Origin: a virus
Taxonomy: Duplodnaviria; Caudoviricetes
Virus record (IMG/VR): IMGVR_UViG_3300037722_000268
Coordinates: 1-44,815 of that record
DNA length: 44,815 nucleotides
Reading direction: 5' to 3' (one strand)
Shown: piece by piece, positions 17,906-27,570 of the stretch
How positions within the stretch are numbered: the first letter of the stretch is position 1
Layout of the letters: the number at the start of each line of letters is the position of its first letter
Made by a program: the position numbers and the translations under genes
Notes under the pieces: model-generated
Databases searched by the model: none
Told to the model about the DNA's origin: nothing
Seen by the model: only the letters and a program-made list of their open reading frames with translations

Positions 17906-19296
17906 GCGGCGGCTGCAGCCATAAGGGTGAGCAGCATCACGTCGTCTTCCTCCGTTCTGACCGCTTTTCTGAGCAGCATGCCGATCTCGCGATCGACTTC
18001 AGCGAGAGACATGAGCGCGATGGGCATAACGAATTCGCGTTGCGCATCGGCCGTAACCTCTGCGGCGACTTCTCGAGCTTCTTCGACGCGGACTGCGACC
18101 GGAGCCTTTCTCTGCTTGCGCTGCCTGTAGTCGAGTCCTGTCGGCTTGAAGATACCGCCGCGGCCAGCGTTATCTCCCTTTCCTCCTATGTGTGGCGCCT
18201 CGACTTCTGGCGCCGTCGTCGTTGTTGCCGTTACCGTAGGCGCAAATGTCGTCAGGATTAGAGATGCTGTGCCTGGCGTCAGCGTCAGCCCAGCCCCACC
18301 TGTTACCGTGGGTTCGAACGTAGTAAGGGTCAGCGCGGCGGTGCCCGGCGTGACCGTCTTGTGGTCTGTAGTCGAGACAGTTGGCGCAAACGTCTCCAAC
18401 GTGAGCGCCGCAGTACTCGGCGTTACTGTCTGGTTGTCGCTCGCCGTGACAGTCGGCGCGAATGTGGAAAGCGTTAACGCCGCAGTGCCCGGGGTGACTG
18501 TCTTGTGATCGCTCGCCGTTACGGTCGGGGCGAACGTGGCAGTGGTCAGCGCCTTCGTGTCTGGGGTTACTGTGACGTTGCCGGCACCAGCCGCCGGCCG
18601 CAGCGCGAGTGTCGTAGCGCACCACGAATAGCTCGTGCCGTCCCCCGCACCACCGGAGAACGTGAAAGCCGCAGCGTCGAATTCGCCGCTAGTCCAGTCG
18701 GTCTTATGCCCGACGCCGATGACAGCGTCGTTGCTATCGTTCGCGCTTTGCACCTGGAACGCGGTCAGGTCGCTCGATGAGTAAGAGCCGGCGCTACCGC
18801 GACTGTGCCCGCCAGCGCCCACGCACACTATGACCGCACCATCGGTCACTGGAGTAATCGCCGGAGGGTCAGCTTGGGCGGTGTCTGTGCCTGTTGCCTG
18901 AACTGCCGCGACATCCAGGGGCGTTGTCGGGTCAACTCCCCGGTACACACGCACCGCCATCGCGCCGGCGTCAGCAGCGTCTAAGGTCGGCCCGAAGGTG
19001 GTCGAGGCGTCCGGCGTCTCGCCCATGAACTTGTAGGCCACCCGCAGATTCGCGTCCCACGAATCGCTCGAGAACAGCTCGGCGCCGATCAACTCATAGT
19101 CGATCGTCCCGTCTGTGATCGCCAGAGTACCGCGATCCGTGTTCGACCCAGTACCGAACACCGCGATGACGAAATCGCCAGCGGCGACCGCAGTGCCAAT
19201 GCCTCCTGTTAGCCCACTGTCGAGCGCGATGGTGCTATCGCCGGATGTCGCCCCGGCCTTACCAGCGGTGGCCCCGCCGACGAAACTGATTGCCAT
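17902..19296 (-). CDS. Thr/Ala/Gly-rich fibre-like virion protein with five 24-aa repeats
   Basis: Beta-rich N-domain, TVTPGTAALTLxTFAPTV repeats, acidic-hydrophobic C-terminus. Confidence 0.7.
   Translation of the reverse strand: MAISFVGGATAGKAGATSGDSTIALDSGLTGGIGTAVAAGDFVIAVFGTGSNTDRGTLAITDGTIDYELIGAELFSSDSWDANLRVAYKFMGETPDASTTFGPTLDAADAGAMAVRVYRGVDPTTPLDVAAVQATGTDTAQADPPAITPVTDGAVIVCVGAGGHSRGSAGSYSSSDLTAFQVQSANDSNDAVIGVGHKTDWTSGEFDAAAFTFSGGAGDGTSYSWCATTLALRPAAGAGNVTVTPDTKALTTATFAPTVTASDHKTVTPGTAALTLSTFAPTVTASDNQTVTPSTAALTLETFAPTVSTTDHKTVTPGTAALTLTTFEPTVTGGAGLTLTPGTASLILTTFAPTVTATTTTAPEVEAPHIGGKGDNAGRGGIFKPTGLDYRQRKQRKAPVAVRVEEAREVAAEVTADAQREFVMPIALMSLAEVDREIGMLLRKAVRTEEDDVMLLTLMAAAAA
18220..18580 (-). 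repeat. 72-bp (24-aa) tandem repeat, about five copies
   Basis: GTGACyGTCTTGTG recurs at 18350 and 18494 (2 x 72); protein repeats visible; boundaries approximate. Confidence 0.85.
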
Positions 19297-19308
19297 TAGC
19301 CGCCCACT

Positions 19309-19734
19309 TTATGCGAGCGTAAAAACACCGCTTGAATGAGCCGCAACAGTCAAGGTGTTGCCATCCGTCGCAGTCACATCAGCGGGGGTGGCATCCAGCA
19401 AGCAGTAGCACAGCACATCCCCGGCAACCTCGTAGATGACCGCAAATCTCGCAGTGATCGACCCTGTAGATGCCGTCCACACCGGATCGGTGCCGATGTC
19501 CACCGTAACCGTGGTGGTTCCTGCCAAAGTCATCGTCACCGCAATACCGCCGGTCGTGTAGCCGTTAGCGTTTGCATGCTCGTTCGTCACTCCAGCATAG
19601 GTCGTGCTCGCCGCACCGATGTTCGACGTGGATAGAAAGAGCGCGCACTTATACGTGTCCGAGTCGATGTCGAACGTACCGTTAAGCAGGCGGGTCCGCC
19701 CGCCACTGGTGAAAGTCCATGCTCCAGCAGCCAT
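19309..19734 (-). CDS. small virion structural protein (fibre base or decoration)
   Basis: LLNGTFDIDSDTYKCALF...GYTTGG...ITARFAVIY pattern typical of phage minor structural proteins. Confidence 0.65.
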   Translation of the reverse strand: MAAGAWTFTSGGRTRLLNGTFDIDSDTYKCALFLSTSNIGAASTTYAGVTNEHANANGYTTGGIAVTMTLAGTTTVTVDIGTDPVWTASTGSITARFAVIYEVAGDVLCYCLLDATPADVTATDGNTLTVAAHSSGVFTLA

Positions 19735-19737
19735 AAT

Positions 19738-22700
19738 TTATGCTCCGCTAAGATCAGTTATCGCAGATATCACTCTCTCGACCTTCCCGCGCAAATCCTC
19801 TAGCGCGACGGTCGTCACGCGCAGCTCGACAGTCAATGCCTGAACTTCGGCCTCGAGCACGGCGTACTCGTCGCTAGCCGCAGCAAGTTCTGCAGAGAGC
19901 TCCTCGATCTGCGCCTTGAGCTGATCCACCTCGGAAATAGGATCTGGTTCCTCTGGTTCCTCGGGCGGAACTTCGGGATCTTCCGGCGGCTCTTCACTAG
20001 CATTCCACCAACCACGAGGCACGATTCCGTACTGGGGCGTTCCGTAGAAGGAGTCTCGGCTTTTCGAGCCGATCTGCGCGATCATGTTCCAGTTCGGTGC
20101 AGAGGTGATCCGCGCCCAAGCCTTATCAGCATCAGGGACTCCGATGTTCACAGCATATCCAAGGGCACCCATCGCCTCTCCCCATCTGTTCTTCGGAGCA
20201 GATGAGATGTGCGCGCGCCCAAATCGCTCTATGAGTGGCCCGTTCTCTGGGCAATCGGGTGTCGTCCCGTAACCAAGCCCATCCCAGTACGCTTGGCTAT
20301 GCTCCCAGATTTCAGCCCAGGTTTTGTACGTCCAGTTGGCGGCGTGCATGTTCAGATTGTCTGTTTTGGAGAGCGTGATCGGTTCATGTAACCCAGGAAC
20401 CAGACCAGTACCTTTGGGCTCCGTGAACACGAATTGGAGCGGATAATTCTTATAGCAAAACCCTGTTGCATCACCGCATCTGCCAACGATGAGGCGCGCA
20501 TGCCTTATCGCGTGCTCCCGCAGCTTCACCATGTCTTCCGCGCCCACCGGCTGCACCTCGACGGCAAAGCAATGCGCCATCACGCGGTAATGCTGCATGA
20601 AGCTATCGAAGCTGATTGTGGGCCGCATCACCCAGTCGTTGCCGAGTTCCTCTGGCATTCCAGGCGAATGCTGCAAAGCGTGCAGGTACGAGATCACGTA
20701 GTTGAACCACGTGCGCATCTGATCCCGGAATTCGTCGTCGTCACCGTCAGGCGCAACCGCGAGATAAGCGGCAACCGTGCGTATCAGCCACGCCGCGCCT
20801 CGGTCCTGCACCGAAGCGGCAGAGATGGCCGAACGACTGGTCCCATCTCCACGGCTAGCCGGAACGAATAACCAGTTCGAGATGGCGTTGAACTGCATCG
20901 CCTCCAGATGCTTGTAATCTCCGGTGAAGATATAGGATGCGTAACCTATTTCCGGGTGGTGAGATTGCGTCCACCCACCGCCTGCGCCCGCACCCTTGAC
21001 CTCCGAACCGCCGCCGTTTGGGCCGGCTGCATTCCAATTCGGATAGTTGTTAGGCCGCGGCACCTTCCATGTCTTCCGCGACCGCCAGAAAATCGGCCGG
21101 TGCTGCAGGTGCGAATCGCAAGCCTCCATCACGCGAAACGCCCTCGGATGTCCGAGGTTGCAGAGATATAACGCGCTCCAGTTTTTGATGACGGCGATCG
21201 AGTACTCGAACCCGGCCGTCCCCATCGCCGCAGGTACGCCGCCAGTGTGCAGGTAGTTGCGGCCCGGCTCCACAACGGCATAGGACTCTGGCATTCCTTT
21301 GTTATCCAGGACGGCATGCATCGCTGCTTCGTTCGTCGGCTCTCCGACGTGCCATTGATTCGGGAAGAGCTTCGTCTTGATTGCGTACGGCGTATCGTGC
21401 CGCGGGGTGATAATCGGATCGCCACCGATCCATCTCTCGGCTTGGGGTCTACCGCGCCCCTTGTGCACCATGCCTTCTGGGAAAACGGGATCGACGAAAG
21501 TGAACGCAACCGTGCCGTCTATCGTGATCCTCGGCGTGTAGATGTAACCGATGTTGTCGTCTTTGGCGGTGCCAGCGGCATTGTCTAGGAACCCGTTCTC
21601 CACGACAGCCCGCACAAACATCCGCCCGCTCTTGTACAGCCTGACGTGGAACCGCCCGTGCAGTTGCGGGTGCTCTCCGACCATCGCGGCGTAATGACAC
21701 TCGATCATTTCTGGGCCGCTGATGAACGTCTTCACCGGATTCGCGAGGAGGCTTTGCAACTCCAGTGCAAAATCGCCTTCTTGCGTGCCGTTGTTCACGA
21801 CATCCAGGCACTCGATCAGCGCCTGCGGATTCGCCGCCTGAATGTCCGCCGCGGTGAGATCCGGTCCCGTGCGCGCCTGCGTGCCATGGGAGAACACGAC
21901 ATCGACGGGAGCGCCAGCGAATTCCGTTTCACCGCAGACAGTGGCGTGCTTCACGCTGCCGTCGTTCCAGCGACAATTGATTTTCACCTGCGCGGAGGGG
22001 ATGTTGACCTCAACGTCCACCACCTCGCCCTCGACGAAAGGCTGGCCGATCATGAACGGATGGCGCCCCGGAGGCGCGGCACTGGTGAGCGCCACCGAAA
22101 CGATGGTGCCTTCCTGCGGTGGCACGGGCGGATCTTCGGGCTCCGGCTCTGGTTCAGGGACAGGCTTTGGATCTGGCTCAGGGGTCGGCTGCTCGCCGTC
22201 CTCCACGATATCCATGACATACAAATCCGCCTCGTACCGAGTAACGTAGACGAAACTCTTTCCCTCTGCGTCAAGCGGCGGAAACTTGTTGTAGCAGGTA
22301 TGGCTCTCCGGGATGTCTTCCCCGCCCTCGGTCTGCGGCAGCGTGATCTCGACCTCGCTGTAGTCCTCGCTCGGCTTGAGCCGGTACACCTTGCCGCCAG
22401 CCCATTTATTGCGAAGCAGAAAGGCGTCAGCGAACGCGCTGTATTGCATGCAATGGCCCATGCCCTTGCGCAGAACGATCGAGTCATGCATGAATTCTTC
22501 TGCCGCGCTGCCGACCGCCGTCGTGAGGCCATTTTCCAGGTTCGGCAGTTGCAGCCAGAGGAGCACGCCGCTTTTGTTGCCGGCGTACAGCACACGGCCG
22601 CGCTTGGTGTCAACTGCCGCGGCGCCTGCTATTCCGCGCGGCCCGGCGTTGGGGAACTTCCTTACCACCGTCCACGGTTCCGGCGTGTCTCTCCCCTCTG

Positions 22701-23268
22701 CAGCGACGTTCCAGCGCACGACCGTCGAGTCGTTCCAGTAGTAGTAATGCTCTGTGCGCGGATCAACCCAGCAGATCCGGTCCGGCACAACTCTAATCGG
22801 GCAGTCCGCGTAGGTGCCCTCGGGCTCGTAGCGCCCCACGTTTGGATCGAACCCGACGATCACCGGGAAGTGGTAATTCCCGCCGCCGTGCACCGCGCAC
22901 AGCCCCATCTGAAGGTGGCGGTCGAGCTTTTCGCTGTACCAACGGTAGTGATACGGATGCGGCACGCTCGGCTTGCCGTCCAGAAACCACGCCACATTGC
23001 TGACGACCATCTCTGGCGGCGATGGCTGCTCGACGATGGTCCAGGAAGATCCCTCTTTCAGGTCGCGGGTCAGGAACGCGTTGATCGCGCCGTCACCGTG
23101 TCCGCCAGCATCCCAGACGCACACGAGACCACGCTTCGTGTCGTACGTGATGCTTGCCCAGGCGTCTAGCATATTCCTGACCAGGCCGAGCGGCTGCCAC
23201 CAATCCGGCGGCTGCAGCGTACTCAAGGACGAGTTTGGAATGCGGCGATACCGGAAAGTCTGTGTCAT
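19738..23268 (-). CDS. 1176-aa multidomain protein: propeller-like domain, PE linker, PcRGLX/YetA-like lyase-type region, PE linker, coiled coil
   Basis: GGHGDG propeller-like start; PFMIGQPFVEGEV...RWNDGSVKHA; SHHPEIGY, QDRGAAWLIR; EPEPE linkers. Confidence 0.55.
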   Translation of the reverse strand: MTQTFRYRRIPNSSLSTLQPPDWWQPLGLVRNMLDAWASITYDTKRGLVCVWDAGGHGDGAINAFLTRDLKEGSSWTIVEQPSPPEMVVSNVAWFLDGKPSVPHPYHYRWYSEKLDRHLQMGLCAVHGGGNYHFPVIVGFDPNVGRYEPEGTYADCPIRVVPDRICWVDPRTEHYYYWNDSTVVRWNVAAEGRDTPEPWTVVRKFPNAGPRGIAGAAAVDTKRGRVLYAGNKSGVLLWLQLPNLENGLTTAVGSAAEEFMHDSIVLRKGMGHCMQYSAFADAFLLRNKWAGGKVYRLKPSEDYSEVEITLPQTEGGEDIPESHTCYNKFPPLDAEGKSFVYVTRYEADLYVMDIVEDGEQPTPEPDPKPVPEPEPEPEDPPVPPQEGTIVSVALTSAAPPGRHPFMIGQPFVEGEVVDVEVNIPSAQVKINCRWNDGSVKHATVCGETEFAGAPVDVVFSHGTQARTGPDLTAADIQAANPQALIECLDVVNNGTQEGDFALELQSLLANPVKTFISGPEMIECHYAAMVGEHPQLHGRFHVRLYKSGRMFVRAVVENGFLDNAAGTAKDDNIGYIYTPRITIDGTVAFTFVDPVFPEGMVHKGRGRPQAERWIGGDPIITPRHDTPYAIKTKLFPNQWHVGEPTNEAAMHAVLDNKGMPESYAVVEPGRNYLHTGGVPAAMGTAGFEYSIAVIKNWSALYLCNLGHPRAFRVMEACDSHLQHRPIFWRSRKTWKVPRPNNYPNWNAAGPNGGGSEVKGAGAGGGWTQSHHPEIGYASYIFTGDYKHLEAMQFNAISNWLFVPASRGDGTSRSAISAASVQDRGAAWLIRTVAAYLAVAPDGDDDEFRDQMRTWFNYVISYLHALQHSPGMPEELGNDWVMRPTISFDSFMQHYRVMAHCFAVEVQPVGAEDMVKLREHAIRHARLIVGRCGDATGFCYKNYPLQFVFTEPKGTGLVPGLHEPITLSKTDNLNMHAANWTYKTWAEIWEHSQAYWDGLGYGTTPDCPENGPLIERFGRAHISSAPKNRWGEAMGALGYAVNIGVPDADKAWARITSAPNWNMIAQIGSKSRDSFYGTPQYGIVPRGWWNASEEPPEDPEVPPEEPEEPDPISEVDQLKAQIEELSAELAAASDEYAVLEAEVQALTVELRVTTVALEDLRGKVERVISAITDLSGA

Positions 23269-23278
23269 CGCGACCTCA

Positions 23279-25600
23279 TCAATGCACCTTCGCCGTCGCG
23301 CCTCTGATGCCTGAGTCGTCGCGCGTTATGTTTCCAAGCTCGATGACCTTCGGCCGGCTGACCGCCTCGATCAGTTTCGCGTTGAATTCGTTCTGGCTAT
23401 TAAGCAGCATCGCCATCGCCTGCAGGAACTCGTCGCGCGGCGCCATCGCTGAGGACGGCCTGTTCGTTCTCAGATCACCAATGATCTGCTGGATGGATGA
23501 CGAGAATTCTTCGTGAATGCCGCGCATCGCCTCCGGGCTCGGGCCTGATTTCTCTCCATCGCCTCCCTGGGCCGCCGGCTTTTGCAGAACGCCCTGCATC
23601 TTCGTCTCGTGCTGTGTGATCATGTTCTTGATCTTGCCGATCGCCACGGTAACGTCTGCCTTCGCTGCGTCGATCTGCAACTCTGCAGCAGCTACCTCGC
23701 GCTTGATCTCGATCTCCGCGTTCACGCGCTCGCGCTCCAGTTGCATCTCGCCCTCCTGCTTTTCCTGCTGCATCTGCAGATCGGCAGCCACCTCCTGCTG
23801 CTTGACCTGAAGCTTCGCCGCCTCGACCTGCTGATCCGCCTTGAGCGCCTGGTTCTCCTCGGTAAGCTTCGCTGCCTGCTCCTGCAGATCCTGCATTTGC
23901 TTCTGCATCTGCGGCGGGATCTGCGGCTGCTCGCGCATCATCTTCAGGATCTTGTCCTTGTTCGATAGCGGGGAGGCCTCGATCACGGCTTCCGGAGGCA
24001 TCTGGAATCCAGACTTCACCATCTCGCCAAGCACCTGGAAATCCTCGATCTGCGCGGTGAGCACATCCGGCACCTCGCTTACGATGATGTCCACGTCGAG
24101 ATGCGCTATGTCGTTCTCGGTGGAAACAACCTGTTGCATCGAAGGGTCATTCGCGATTTGCGCCTGCATCGCCTGCAACTGCTCAGGAGGCATTCCGCCT
24201 TCCTGGGCTTGCCGAAGCATTTCCTCTCCCGCTGTCACTGGATGGTTCAGCCCGACCCAGCGCAGGCTGTGCTCGTCATCGGTGACGCGAATCCACATCT
24301 CTTCTTTCCAGTACTGCTTGATGCGGTTATAGGTTTTTCGGAACACGCGGTACTGGAAATGCTTCAGCCGATCGAATAGCGGCCCGATCTCCGTGACTCC
24401 GGCCGCCTGGCGCTCGCGCAGCGCGACGCCCGACTGCACGTTCTTGTCCTTGCCCTGCGTCGCCGCATTCGCCCCCACGGCGTCGATCTCTAGCTTCGCT
24501 TCGGTCAGCAGGTTGAACTGCGCCGCCGCCATGTCGCCCGTCTTCAGGACCTCGAACTCCATGCCAGGCGTCGTCTCGAGCACGCCGTCAGGCTTAGCAA
24601 GCTCCTGGCGGGCCTTGTTGATGTCTTCGACCGCCCCGCGCTCCCAGCGCACCTGACGCACGCTCATCAGATGCAGCGCCTTGGAGCGGCGCTTGTTTAT
24701 CTCGTCCTGGATGTCTAGGAGTTGCTTCGTCGCTCCGTAGCGGTTGCCCTCGCGGTCCACGAACGCGGACGTGAATTCATAGGGCCATTCGTGCTCGCCC
24801 TCTTCGTTTCGATACGGGCATGGCATCGGGTCCTGGAGATACCCGCCGCGCGTAAAACAGGCGTAGTACATCGTGGAGCCCTTCCAGTAGTACAGTTCTA
24901 CCTTCTTCACGCGGCGGCGTTTCGTGTCCACCCAGCGCGGCTTGTCGTCGTAGGTCGTGCCGGACTCGAACATCGACTCGAAGAGATTCTCCTTCCCCGG
25001 ATGCTCGACGATCGCCTGCTCGTAGTCCGACCACACGACCTGCCCGAGATAGCGCGCGTCGGTGAAATACTTGTTTCGCGAGTACGGGTCCCACACCAGC
25101 CGGTCCCAAGGTACATACCGGATCAGAATCTTGAATCCCTTGTCTTTAGGCTTCGCGACGATCTCGCAGCCACCGGTGCCCTCGATAAGCACGTTCTCCC
25201 ACACGTCGGATCGCACCTGGTCGAAGGCGTTCTCCTGCAGGGCGAAGCGAATCGCCTCGCTCGCGGCTTCCGCTGCTTTCTCGTGCTTTGGCGTTCTCGG
25301 GAATGCCTTGGCGGTCGTCTTCGCCGCCTTCTCCATTCCCATCAGCGTGTCCATCTTCGGCTTGATCCGGTTGATCACTACCGGCGCCTGCTTACGCTTC
25401 TTCAGCGTCGCGATCTCTTGCGCGCTTAACTGGATCGAATCGTAGTAGTCGCGGCACTTCTCGGACAATTCGCGCGCGCCCTGGCACAGCTCCTCTGACT
25501 CGTTCACCCAGTCGATGAGCGTGCCGAGCATGTCGTCGGCTTTTTGCTCGCGGGGCGTTCCTACATCGACATGCTGCTTCGTTTTCTTAGCGCGTGCCAT
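23279..25600 (-). CDS. portal protein, P22-like, with long C-terminal barrel
   Basis: PVVINRIKPK, DIQDEINKRRSK, SGVAL motifs; Gln-rich coiled coil; follows terL. Confidence 0.92.
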   Translation of the reverse strand: MARAKKTKQHVDVGTPREQKADDMLGTLIDWVNESEELCQGARELSEKCRDYYDSIQLSAQEIATLKKRKQAPVVINRIKPKMDTLMGMEKAAKTTAKAFPRTPKHEKAAEAASEAIRFALQENAFDQVRSDVWENVLIEGTGGCEIVAKPKDKGFKILIRYVPWDRLVWDPYSRNKYFTDARYLGQVVWSDYEQAIVEHPGKENLFESMFESGTTYDDKPRWVDTKRRRVKKVELYYWKGSTMYYACFTRGGYLQDPMPCPYRNEEGEHEWPYEFTSAFVDREGNRYGATKQLLDIQDEINKRRSKALHLMSVRQVRWERGAVEDINKARQELAKPDGVLETTPGMEFEVLKTGDMAAAQFNLLTEAKLEIDAVGANAATQGKDKNVQSGVALRERQAAGVTEIGPLFDRLKHFQYRVFRKTYNRIKQYWKEEMWIRVTDDEHSLRWVGLNHPVTAGEEMLRQAQEGGMPPEQLQAMQAQIANDPSMQQVVSTENDIAHLDVDIIVSEVPDVLTAQIEDFQVLGEMVKSGFQMPPEAVIEASPLSNKDKILKMMREQPQIPPQMQKQMQDLQEQAAKLTEENQALKADQQVEAAKLQVKQQEVAADLQMQQEKQEGEMQLERERVNAEIEIKREVAAAELQIDAAKADVTVAIGKIKNMITQHETKMQGVLQKPAAQGGDGEKSGPSPEAMRGIHEEFSSSIQQIIGDLRTNRPSSAMAPRDEFLQAMAMLLNSQNEFNAKLIEAVSRPKVIELGNITRDDSGIRGATAKVH

Positions 25601-27100
25601 CTATGCAGTCTTCCAATTGTCCGCCTCGTCCTGCTGCTCGCTATCGAACTTCCTCATCCACCGATCCGGTTTTTCCTGCTTCTTGTGCGGAGCCTGCATC
25701 CACGGGCGCGAGTTGCACATGTACATCACTTCGTCCGATACGTGATCTTCCTGGTTCGTCTCTACCTGCTCGGCCTTCAAGCCGTATTTCGTCTCGTCGA
25801 GCACGAGATCCGGCATCGTTCGCCAGAATCCGTCGTGGCATGTCTTGAATGCGTAGAGCATCGGGCCGTCCTCGTCGCCCGCGATGCGCCCGCGCACTTC
25901 GACGTAGCCCACGTGCCGCGAATTCGGTCCCTTCACGGCCTTTCGCATCACGACTCCGTTACGCAGAAACGTCTCTGCAATCGAAGGCCCGCCGTCGATC
26001 GCCCACATCGAAGAATCAGCCACTGTGTAGCCGTAGCTCTCGTTGATCGAGCGCTTCACGATGCCGATCGCGACTTCGGAAGCCTCCATGCGGAGCCCTT
26101 CGTCGGCTTTTCCGTTCCAGCCGTACCACTCGGCGTATCTCACCAGCGCGCCGCGGCGAAGTTTCTTTGCGCCGGCTACGTCATCGCCCTCGACAAGGCC
26201 GCGAAGCGGATGCACGTAGCAGTCATCGCTCACCACCGCCCACCAGCCGACCGAGAACGGCTTGCTCGAGCCCCAGTCCATCGCGCGGTACCTCGCCCAG
26301 TGCGGCGGTATGTCGAAGGGTTCCAGGCCGTGCACGTCGCGGCGCAGCTTCTCGTATGCCTGACCGGCCACCAGATCCCAGTCGCCGTCGAGCATGGCGC
26401 GAACCAGGTTATCCGCCCCCAGGCCGCGTAGCCGGTCGGCGTAGCTCGGATCGTCTTTCGTCAGGTGCGGGTTATCGGCAAGCTTCGCGGGGATGAACTG
26501 GCGGACCATGCCGCCCTCGTCAGAATCGGTGCGCCAGACTTCGAGCGCAGGCTTCGGCGCGATGAACGTGCGTTTTACCCAGGCGTGCCCGATCGAGCCG
26601 GGGTTCGATCCGCACTCGACCCGCGGCAGGCGCTCCTTGTATTGCTCGGGCACCGGCAGGCCGGCGATGCGAACGCGAGAGCGCAGGAACCTGTACTGGT
26701 ACTCGGTGAAATGCGTCAGTTCGTCCATCAGCAGAACGTGGATTTCCGCGCCGCGGTATTTCTCCACGTCGTTTTCGCTGTCGCAGTAGCAAAGGTGCAG
26801 CACCGAGCCGTTCCAGAACTCGAACTCGTTCTCGACCGCCCGGTATTTCACGTGCTCGGTGTCAAGGTGCTCGCCGAGCATGAACTGGAAGCTCGTAGGC
26901 CCGCGCAGGTGGTTATCGCGAAGGTCGGGCAGCGTTCGCCGGAAGAGATATACCTGCACCCCCGGCACTTCCAGGCACCAGCGGATCGCGGAGACGCGAA
27001 GGAAATACGACTTCCCCCCGCCCGCGGCGCCGCCGTAGAGGACCTCCGTCGCCCCGGTATGCCACGCGATGCTCTGCTTGGGCTCGAGGCGCACTTCCAT
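25601..27100 (-). CDS. terL: terminase large subunit
   Basis: Walker A YGGAAGGGKS, Walker B LLMDELT, SNPG, nuclease MDWG and EDHVSDE. Confidence 0.95.
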   Translation of the reverse strand: MEVRLEPKQSIAWHTGATEVLYGGAAGGGKSYFLRVSAIRWCLEVPGVQVYLFRRTLPDLRDNHLRGPTSFQFMLGEHLDTEHVKYRAVENEFEFWNGSVLHLCYCDSENDVEKYRGAEIHVLLMDELTHFTEYQYRFLRSRVRIAGLPVPEQYKERLPRVECGSNPGSIGHAWVKRTFIAPKPALEVWRTDSDEGGMVRQFIPAKLADNPHLTKDDPSYADRLRGLGADNLVRAMLDGDWDLVAGQAYEKLRRDVHGLEPFDIPPHWARYRAMDWGSSKPFSVGWWAVVSDDCYVHPLRGLVEGDDVAGAKKLRRGALVRYAEWYGWNGKADEGLRMEASEVAIGIVKRSINESYGYTVADSSMWAIDGGPSIAETFLRNGVVMRKAVKGPNSRHVGYVEVRGRIAGDEDGPMLYAFKTCHDGFWRTMPDLVLDETKYGLKAEQVETNQEDHVSDEVMYMCNSRPWMQAPHKKQEKPDRWMRKFDSEQQDEADNWKTA

Positions 27101-27570
27101 CAGGCGCTCTCCGCATCCGGCAGCGCGTGTATTTCCTTCTCGCGCGGCTGGACCTGCTGCACGACAGCGAAGACGTTAAACACCGGCGGGCCGCCGCTAT
27201 GCTTATGCTCGATCTTCGGCGAGTAGCGCTCAGGGTTCAGGAGCGCCGCAACGCGCAGGTAACGATCGGTGCGCATTTTCACGAGCGCGGCGGTCTCCGG
27301 CGTTGCCGTATCGACCATCTGCTGCACCGCGTGAACCAGCGACATCCCGAGGGCTTTCCTTGCCGCGTCGTATTTCTCCGGGTAGGTCTCGGTGAACCAC
27401 TCGATGAACTTTCCCTTCGGGACCTGCCAGGCTTTCGCGATCTCGCGAAGATCGTCGCCTTCTGCAACGCGCATCGCGATCTCGCTCGGCGCGTGCGGGT
27501 CGTCCATCAGATCGCGCAGCCGCGCCATCGGGCCTACGTCGTAGGCGGGGAGTTGCGCTTTAGAGGCCAT
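27100..27570 (-). CDS. terS: terminase small subunit
   Basis: HTH-like RVAEGDDLREIAKAW, LNPERYS, KIEHKHSG; directly upstream of terL. Confidence 0.75.
   Translation of the reverse strand: MASKAQLPAYDVGPMARLRDLMDDPHAPSEIAMRVAEGDDLREIAKAWQVPKGKFIEWFTETYPEKYDAARKALGMSLVHAVQQMVDTATPETAALVKMRTDRYLRVAALLNPERYSPKIEHKHSGGPPVFNVFAVVQQVQPREKEIHALPDAESA

Noticed and set aside
18220-18580. DGR template/variable repeats
   Set aside because: No reverse transcriptase; differences are not adenine-specific; these are in-frame protein repeats
21646-23169. Long plus-strand ORFs opposite structural genes (also 4713-5690, 8845-9852, 13360-14202, 25544-26431) and minus-strand ORFs 36355-37239 and 39507-40586
   Set aside because: Antisense shadows of real genes in GC-rich DNA, with no recognisable motifs
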